A stretch of 64,000 nt of DNA, from contig CACJJR010000001.1 in NCBI GenBank assembly GCA_902593795.1, positions 196,647-260,646 on the forward strand, given 5' to 3'. Made by a program: the position numbers and the translations under genes. Origin of the DNA: an uncultured Candidatus Actinomarina sp. (GTDB lineage Bacteria; Actinomycetota; Acidimicrobiia; Actinomarinales; Actinomarinaceae). The notes below the pieces were generated by a model that was not told the origin of the DNA, did no database searches, and worked only from the letters and a program-made list of their open reading frames with translations. Shown one piece after another: positions 58,525-64,000 of the stretch; the first letter of the stretch is position 1; each line of letters opens with the position of its first letter.

Positions 58525-59123
58525 TTATGAACGCAGCAGTTATACTTGCGGCTGGTGATTCAAGCAGAATGGGCTTCCCAAAACAGCTAGCAGAAGTAAA
58601 AGAGAAATCTTTACTACAACTAATTATTGATAAAGTTAATAATAAATTTGAATATTCTTCTGTTGTTTTAGGCTCAGAAAATGAAGTTATTTCAGAAAAA
58701 GTTGATTTTAAAAATTCAAACATCTTGATAAATGAAAACTGGTCAGAGGGCATTACATCTTCTATTAGGACATCATTGTTCTTTTATCAAGGTCAAAAAG
58801 AAATCGATAATGTAATATTTTTTCTTGCTGATCAACCAGAGGTAGAAAGTGAAGTTATAGATAGCCTGATAAATGATCATCATGATGGTACAAAAATTTT
58901 AATTCCACAATATAGATACAAATTAGGATTTCCTATTTTAGTTCCAAGATTATTTTGGCCAAAGCTAGAACTTATAACACAAGACGATGATGTGGATGAA
59001 GAAAAATCTGTTTTTCAGGATTTTGATTTAATCGATTTCTTTATTTCATCAGAAACTGAAACTAAAAATTTAAATTTTAATTTTTTAGAGCCAATCGATT
59101 ATGACGAAGAAAAAGATTTTTAA
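58521..59123 (+). CDS. MobA/MocA-like molybdopterin nucleotidyltransferase-family protein
   Basis: ILAAGDSSRMG..K N-terminal NTP-transferase motif, NENWSEGITSS, FFLADQP. Confidence 0.65.
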   Translation: MIMNAAVILAAGDSSRMGFPKQLAEVKEKSLLQLIIDKVNNKFEYSSVVLGSENEVISEKVDFKNSNILINENWSEGITSSIRTSLFFYQGQKEIDNVIFFLADQPEVESEVIDSLINDHHDGTKILIPQYRYKLGFPILVPRLFWPKLELITQDDDVDEEKSVFQDFDLIDFFISSETETKNLNFNFLEPIDYDEEKDF

Positions 59124-59186
59124 GAGTGGGAAAAACTCTTAAAAAAAATCGTTTGTTTATCTAAATTATTTTGTAAAATTTAAAAC

Positions 59187-59591
59187 ATGAATTCAATTGA
59201 CTCTATAAATGGTATGACACATACCGAAGCAACAAAATTAAGAAGAGCTAGAGTCAGAACAACAACTACTTTCTTACAGATCGCATCTTCCAGGTCTGGT
59301 AGGGCACTACTTACAAAAGAAACCGGTATAAGCTCCCCAAAACTTTTACACTGGGCAAGAAGAGCAGAATTAATGAAGATTAAAAATCTTGGAAGAGATT
59401 ACGCAGACTTACTTGAAGCAGCTGGTGTAGAAAGTGTGTCTGAGTTAAAACGTAGAAACCCTGAATCTCTTCATGAAATGATGGCAAAGATTAATTTAAA
59501 AAGAAATATTGTGGACAGGATGCCTTCTTTAAAAAGAGTATCAAAGTGGATTGACGATTCTAAAGATATAGAAATTAAGGTTTCTTCATAA
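59187..59591 (+). CDS. hypothetical protein, DUF4332-like (tandem helix-hairpin-helix-like repeats)
   Basis: 134 aa with two LL.AAGV.S...L-type repeats. Confidence 0.4.
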   Translation: MNSIDSINGMTHTEATKLRRARVRTTTTFLQIASSRSGRALLTKETGISSPKLLHWARRAELMKIKNLGRDYADLLEAAGVESVSELKRRNPESLHEMMAKINLKRNIVDRMPSLKRVSKWIDDSKDIEIKVSS

Positions 59592-59617
59592 CCAAACATC
59601 CCATCTATCATTAAATT

Positions 59618-61324
59618 GTGAATAAAAAAACCTTAAGAATTACTGGTGCTCAAATGTCATTTCCAGTTGGCGCGATACAGAAGAACAAGCAAACTATCTT
59701 AGACTGTTTTGAAATAGCCGAAGAAAAAGAAACTGACATCTTGATATTCCCAGAGTTGGCTTTAACAGGATATCCTCCAGAAGATTTACTCTTGAGAGAA
59801 AGCTTTATTGGTAAAAACTTTGCAGTTCTAGAAGAGCTTGCAGAGTTTTCTAGCAATACCAGTGGTGTTATTGGTTTTGTCGATAGAAACTTAGATGAAG
59901 ACCATACAGATAAGCAAAAAAGAGGCATAGCAAATGCCGCAGCAATAATTCAAAATGGTGATGTAAAAGGAATTTATCATAAGTGTTACCTTCCAAATTA
60001 TTCTGTTTTTGACGAAGCAAGGTATTTTGCTAAAGGAAATAACCCTGGCAACCTTTTTTGGTACAACGATGTTGCAATAGGAATAAGTATTTGTGAAGAT
60101 ATTTGGATTGATGAAGGGCCTTCATTACAACAGGTTGAAAACGGAGCATCTTTAATAATAAATATAAATGCTTCACCTTATGACCAAAACAAAAGTAACT
60201 CCCGAAAAGAACTTGTAATCAGTCAGGCAAAAAAACTTAAAGTACCAATAATTTATTTAAATATGGTTGGCGGTCAGGATGAACTTGTTTTTGATGGCGG
60301 TTCATTTGTTGTAGATGGGAAAGGAAAAGTAATTTATCAAGCCAAGCAATTTGAGGAAGAATTATTTCATATTGATATAGATCTTGAAGTAAAAAAACAA
60401 CCTACTGGATCAACTTTAGAGATTAGAGAAAAAAGCACAGAACTAGAAAATTTACAGTCATCTGAAATACTCTCAAAAAATGAATCTTTATACGCAGCAC
60501 TAGAACTTGGCCTTTTCGACTATGTAAAGAAAAATAATTTTGAAAAAGTACTTATAGGGCTATCCGGAGGAATTGATTCAGCATTAACAGCTACAGTTGC
60601 GGTAGATGCTCTTGGTTCTAAAAATGTTATTGGTGTTGCAATGCCATCTAAATATAATTCAAAAGAATCTCTTCTTGATGCCAAGTCATTAGCTGAAAAT
60701 CTTAAAATAGAATTTAAGACTATAGAAATTGAAAGAATAGTAGAAAATTTTAGAGCTACATTAACTGGCGTAATCAATGAAGAGCTTGGACAAACAACTG
60801 ATGAAAATATACAGTCAAGGGTTAGGGGTAATATTTTAATGGCTCTTTCTAACCAAACCGGAGCCATGGTTGTATCTACAGGCAATAAATCAGAAATGGC
60901 AGTTGGCTATTCAACACTTTACGGCGATCTAGCGGGAGGCTTTGCGTTATTAAAAGATTTATATAAAACAGAAGTTTATAATTTATCAAATTTTAGAAAC
61001 ACAATTTCCAAGGTAATACCACAAAACACAATTGATAAGGAGCCAAGTGCAGAACTTAGGCCAAATCAGTTTGATAAAGATTCACTTCCAGAATATGACC
61101 TGCTTGATAAAATATTACATTTGTACATTGAGGAAGACAGCTCTTCAGAAAAAATTATCTCTACTGGAATTGATGAAAAAATTGTTTATGATGTCTTGTC
61201 TAAAGTTGATAGAAATGAATATAAAAGAAAACAGGTTGCTCCAGGGGTAAAATTAACTGAAAAAGCATTTGGCAAAGATAGAAGAATGCCGATTACAAAT
61301 ACATATATTAGAGAACGGGATTAA
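59618..61324 (+). CDS. nadE: glutamine-dependent NAD+ synthetase
   Basis: N-terminal CN-hydrolase domain plus C-terminal NAD-synthetase PP-loop (GLSGGIDSA). Confidence 0.85.
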   Translation: MNKKTLRITGAQMSFPVGAIQKNKQTILDCFEIAEEKETDILIFPELALTGYPPEDLLLRESFIGKNFAVLEELAEFSSNTSGVIGFVDRNLDEDHTDKQKRGIANAAAIIQNGDVKGIYHKCYLPNYSVFDEARYFAKGNNPGNLFWYNDVAIGISICEDIWIDEGPSLQQVENGASLIININASPYDQNKSNSRKELVISQAKKLKVPIIYLNMVGGQDELVFDGGSFVVDGKGKVIYQAKQFEEELFHIDIDLEVKKQPTGSTLEIREKSTELENLQSSEILSKNESLYAALELGLFDYVKKNNFEKVLIGLSGGIDSALTATVAVDALGSKNVIGVAMPSKYNSKESLLDAKSLAENLKIEFKTIEIERIVENFRATLTGVINEELGQTTDENIQSRVRGNILMALSNQTGAMVVSTGNKSEMAVGYSTLYGDLAGGFALLKDLYKTEVYNLSNFRNTISKVIPQNTIDKEPSAELRPNQFDKDSLPEYDLLDKILHLYIEEDSSSEKIISTGIDEKIVYDVLSKVDRNEYKRKQVAPGVKLTEKAFGKDRRMPITNTYIRERD

Positions 61325-61329
61325 GCAGC

Positions 61330-62154
61330 GTGTATTTTATAAATGAGGAAGAGGTTGAGAAAGAGCACTTTCACATACCAGTTGAAAATTTAGCTGTATG
61401 GCGAGGTGATGGAGTTTTTGAAGCATTAAAGATACATGATTATTACCCTTTTGGTATAGACAAGCATATTGAAAGACTAAAGCAGTCTTGTAGAAAACAA
61501 TTATTTGAAAATGTTGATTTCAACCTTATTGAGAATAATATTTTAAAAATTGCGTCACAGTATAAAAATGGCTACGTCAGGATTCTTATTTTGAGAAATA
61601 GCTCTGATGAAGATTTTACAATTTATTCTTTTTATCAACTGCCAATTAATATTCCAGAGAATTATAAATTAGAATCTCAACCTGCTCCCTGGCATCCTGG
61701 GGGAGATTTTGAAGTTAATAGTGATAATATTGTTGGGTCTAAATCAACTTCATATGCATACAATATTAAACAGACAAGAGAAGCTATAAGGAATGGGTTT
61801 AGTGATGCGTTGCTTCTTAGTAGCAAAGGAGTAGTTCTAGAAGGCCCCACGTTCTCAGTGGGGTGGATTAAAGATGAGATAATATATGTTCCAGATTTAG
61901 ACCTGGGGATACTCGATTCAATTACTAGGAAATATTTGCTTGAATTTGGAAGTAAAAATAAAATTAATACAGCAGTATCTAGAGTGACTATAGATGAGTT
62001 GTATATGGTAGATACAGTTTTTGCTATGTCCACTGCCAAACATGGAATATTTGTATCTAAAATTGATGACAAAGAGTACAAGCAATCACCTTTATTGAAC
62101 ACTATTCAAGATTTATTCAAGAAAGAAGTTTTAAAGGAAAAACAAGAAAGTTAA
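61330..62154 (+). CDS. class IV (fold type IV) PLP-dependent aminotransferase / aminodeoxychorismate-lyase-like
   Basis: BCAT/PabC-like length and N-terminal RGDGVFE pattern. Confidence 0.7.
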   Translation: MYFINEEEVEKEHFHIPVENLAVWRGDGVFEALKIHDYYPFGIDKHIERLKQSCRKQLFENVDFNLIENNILKIASQYKNGYVRILILRNSSDEDFTIYSFYQLPINIPENYKLESQPAPWHPGGDFEVNSDNIVGSKSTSYAYNIKQTREAIRNGFSDALLLSSKGVVLEGPTFSVGWIKDEIIYVPDLDLGILDSITRKYLLEFGSKNKINTAVSRVTIDELYMVDTVFAMSTAKHGIFVSKIDDKEYKQSPLLNTIQDLFKKEVLKEKQES

Positions 62155-62164
62155 GGAGGGTAAA

Positions 62165-63193
62165 GTGAGACTTACAGAGTATTCTCATGGCTCTGGTTGA
62201 GCATGTAAACTCTCCCAAGGAGAGCTTGCTCAGGTTCTGAAGCAATTACAACAAAATAATCACAACAATTCTGAAATTTTAGTTGGACTAGATAACCCTG
62301 ATGATGGCGCAGTTATTGATTTGGGAAATAATTTAAAAATAGTTCAAACTGTAGATTTTTTTACACCTATCCTTGATGACCCTTATGACTGGGGTAGAGT
62401 TGCTGCTGCGAATGCATTGTCTGACATATACGCCATGGGTGGAGTGCCTATTTCTTCACTTCAGTTAGTAAGTTGGCCAAGAGATGAGATAGGATTTGAT
62501 ATCTTATCAAGAGTTATTAATGGCGGTTCAGATGTGATGAAATCAGCAAAGTGCAGTATTGTAGGCGGGCATAGTATTGATGATAAAGAGCCAAAATATG
62601 GCTTTGCTGTGACAGGGATAATTAATGAAAAAATATATAAAAAAACTGAAATTAAAAAAGGTGATAGACTCTTTTTGACCAAACCACTTGGCTCAGGAAT
62701 AATTGCGACAGCAATCAAAAAAGGTAAAGCTGAAAAAGAAGCTATAAGTCAAGTTACAGAGATTATGACAACATTAAATGATAGAGGTTTAGCAGTAGCC
62801 AATAATCTAAATGCCAACGCTGTTACAGATGTCACAGGCTTTGGACTTCTTGGGCATTTAAGTGAAATGTTGATTAATGATAATTTGTCAGCAAATTTAA
62901 TCTTTAACGACATTCCAATAATTGAGTATGCAAAAAAATATTTTGAGGAGGGAATTTATCCGTCTGGCAGTCAAAGAAATTTTAATACTTTGAAGGATTC
63001 CATAACATTTGAAAATGAAGACGAAGCATTACTATTATCTGATGCTCAAACTAGTGGAGGTCTTTTAATTGCTGCCCCTAAGGAAACAAATGTAGATTTT
63101 AGCGACATTGAAAAATCACATGGAGTAATAATAAAAGAAATTGGGAATATAACTGATAGATATAATAAAAAAATAAATATTATTAGTAATTGA
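62165..63193 (+). CDS. selD: selenophosphate synthetase (selenide, water dikinase), Sec-containing; UGA=Sec at 62198..62200
   Basis: GTG start 10 nt after AAGGAGGG RBS; RLTEYSHGSG-U-ACK aligns with E. coli RLTQYSHGAGCGCK (Sec at Cys17 position); downstream DFFTPILDDPYDWGRVAAANALSDIYAMGG matches SelD core. Confidence 0.85.
62207..62227 (+). promoter_or_regulatory. candidate SECIS hairpin for selD
   Basis: CTCTCC-CAA-GGAGAG stem-loop (extendable by 2 bp) starting 9 nt after UGA. Confidence 0.4.
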
Positions 63194-63999
63194 TGATAAA
63201 AACATTAACTAAAATATTCGCACTAACAGCAGTGACTAAAAGCTTACTTGAAACGAAGAAAAGTCAGTCTGAGGGAACAACTCAGTTACATCCAAGTAAA
63301 ATTCCCGGAAGAACTCTATTTATCAGAGAAAAAGAGTTTTTTGTTAGAGAGAATACTGTAGAGGGAACAGTACCAGTTGTATTTCTTCATAGCTGGGGAT
63401 CTGACTCTTTAGGAAGCTGGTTTAAAATACTCCCAAAAATAAAGAAAGAGAGTTCGTTTGTAGCAATCGATATGCGTAATCATGGAAAGTCTGATGCTAG
63501 CTGGGATAGATGGGATGTTGACGAGAATGCAGATATTGTTATAAGTATTTTAAAAGAGCTAAGTATTTCAGAATGTAATATAGTTGGATGGTCAATGGGC
63601 AGTGCTGTTGCGATGTCTGTAGCAAAAAAAAATAAATCACTAGTAAATAAACTTGTTTTGATAACCCCATTCAGCTGGCTTGGTGGAGCCGTCTACAATG
63701 ACAAACTAGCTTTCAAAGTTTTTGTAAGTTTTGTACGAATTAGGGAACGACTATTCCCAAACTTTAATCCAAAATCTAAATTTTCATTTTTAAGAAAATC
63801 AAACTCTATAAATGACGAATATACAGAATGGGCATGGAACAACTTACATAAGTCAAAAGACGACTTTATTTATGCAGATGGAGGAAGATTTGTTGTACCA
63901 TACGATGCACGTCCTTGGATAGAAGAGATAGAAGCTGAAACATTGGTCATTACAGGTGGCAAAGATAAGCTTGTACCTGAGGAGACATCAAACGATGTT
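63193..63999 (+). CDS. alpha/beta-hydrolase, 3' end beyond window
   Basis: ATG overlaps selD stop (TGATG); HG-type N-terminus (VVFLHSWGS), GWSMG nucleophile elbow; frame open to window end. Confidence 0.6.
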   Translation, partial: MIKTLTKIFALTAVTKSLLETKKSQSEGTTQLHPSKIPGRTLFIREKEFFVRENTVEGTVPVVFLHSWGSDSLGSWFKILPKIKKESSFVAIDMRNHGKSDASWDRWDVDENADIVISILKELSISECNIVGWSMGSAVAMSVAKKNKSLVNKLVLITPFSWLGGAVYNDKLAFKVFVSFVRIRERLFPNFNPKSKFSFLRKSNSINDEYTEWAWNNLHKSKDDFIYADGGRFVVPYDARPWIEEIEAETLVITGGKDKLVPEETSNDV

Positions 64000-64000
64000 G

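Noticed and set aside
59124-59150. Hairpin TTAAGAGT-N7-ACTCTTAA overlapping the MocA-like stop codon, considered as a terminator
   Set aside because: It is followed by an A-run rather than a U-run on the plus strand, and a gene on the same strand follows after 60 nt. It is not convincing as an intrinsic terminator.
62321-63193. ORF-track start (TTG at 62321) for the SelD-like ORF
   Set aside because: It would remove the essential N-terminal Gly-rich loop. The same frame continues upstream through a single TGA to a GTG with a strong RBS and aligns with the SelD N-terminus.
1-64000. Short ORFs on the track embedded in or opposite to larger genes (e.g. 864..1061, 2493..2690, 4829..5014, 8134..8379, 12450..12845, 29662..30144, 32065..32427, 33557..33910, 35859..36314, 45004..45321, 52545..52895, 60520..60885, 61677..62102 and similar)
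   Set aside because: All lie wholly inside well-supported genes on the other strand or frame, with low-complexity translations and no motifs. They are treated as shadow ORFs.
1-64000. Search for CRISPR arrays, transposases, integrases and prophage or defence islands
   Set aside because: No direct-repeat/spacer arrays and no recombinase or transposase-like ORFs were seen. The window is contiguous core genome.

Overview
This 64-kb window is AT-rich (roughly one-third GC by eye) and very gene-dense, with many adjacent genes overlapping by a few to a few dozen nt. The content is overwhelmingly core, not accessory. Gene content points to a streamlined low-GC actinobacterium: a pknB(PASTA)-PP2C pair with a CrgA-like gene, a dnaK-grpE-dnaJ-hspR operon, an ask-asd pair, and a bS22-like micro-ORF. 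Other housekeeping genes present are serS, tadA, dnaX, murJ, dcd, purA, purB, nadE, lnt and glpD. I can support 9 tRNAs. These include all four tRNA-Ser isoacceptors (CGA, GGA, TGA, GCT) clustered around serS, and tRNA-Arg(ACG) immediately after tadA. There is also a copZ-copA copper-efflux pair, an amino-acid ABC transporter (AapJQMP-like), and a 6TM voltage-gated K+ channel. Other calls include a SemiSWEET, an orphan fused NikMN/CbiMN ECF component, a 4Fe-4S-cluster family-4 UDG, a MutY-like glycosylase, a dGTPase and a deoxyribonucleotidase. I found no CRISPR, transposase, integrase or prophage signal. The main discovery is that selenocysteine decoding is used here. Two genes broken by in-frame TGA in the ORF track are selenoproteins. 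The first is a 78-aa SelW-like/Rdx CxxU protein at 33028..33264, hidden in an apparent 270-bp intergenic gap. A 17-nt hairpin lies exactly 11 nt after its UGA, and a perfect 9-bp stem places the UGA in its loop. The second is a Sec-containing selenophosphate synthetase SelD starting at GTG 62165, with UGA at the position of E. coli Cys17. Other features of interest: two paralogous ~65-aa CCCH zinc-ribbon-like proteins of unknown family, one directly upstream of dnaK and one directly upstream of copZA; G-tract/palindromic operator-like sites before copZ; a perfect CRP-type TGTGA-N6-TCACA site; a TadA with a Cys-to-Asp change at a zinc ligand; a zinc-finger-less DnaJ; and ABC permeases with long N-terminal extensions.
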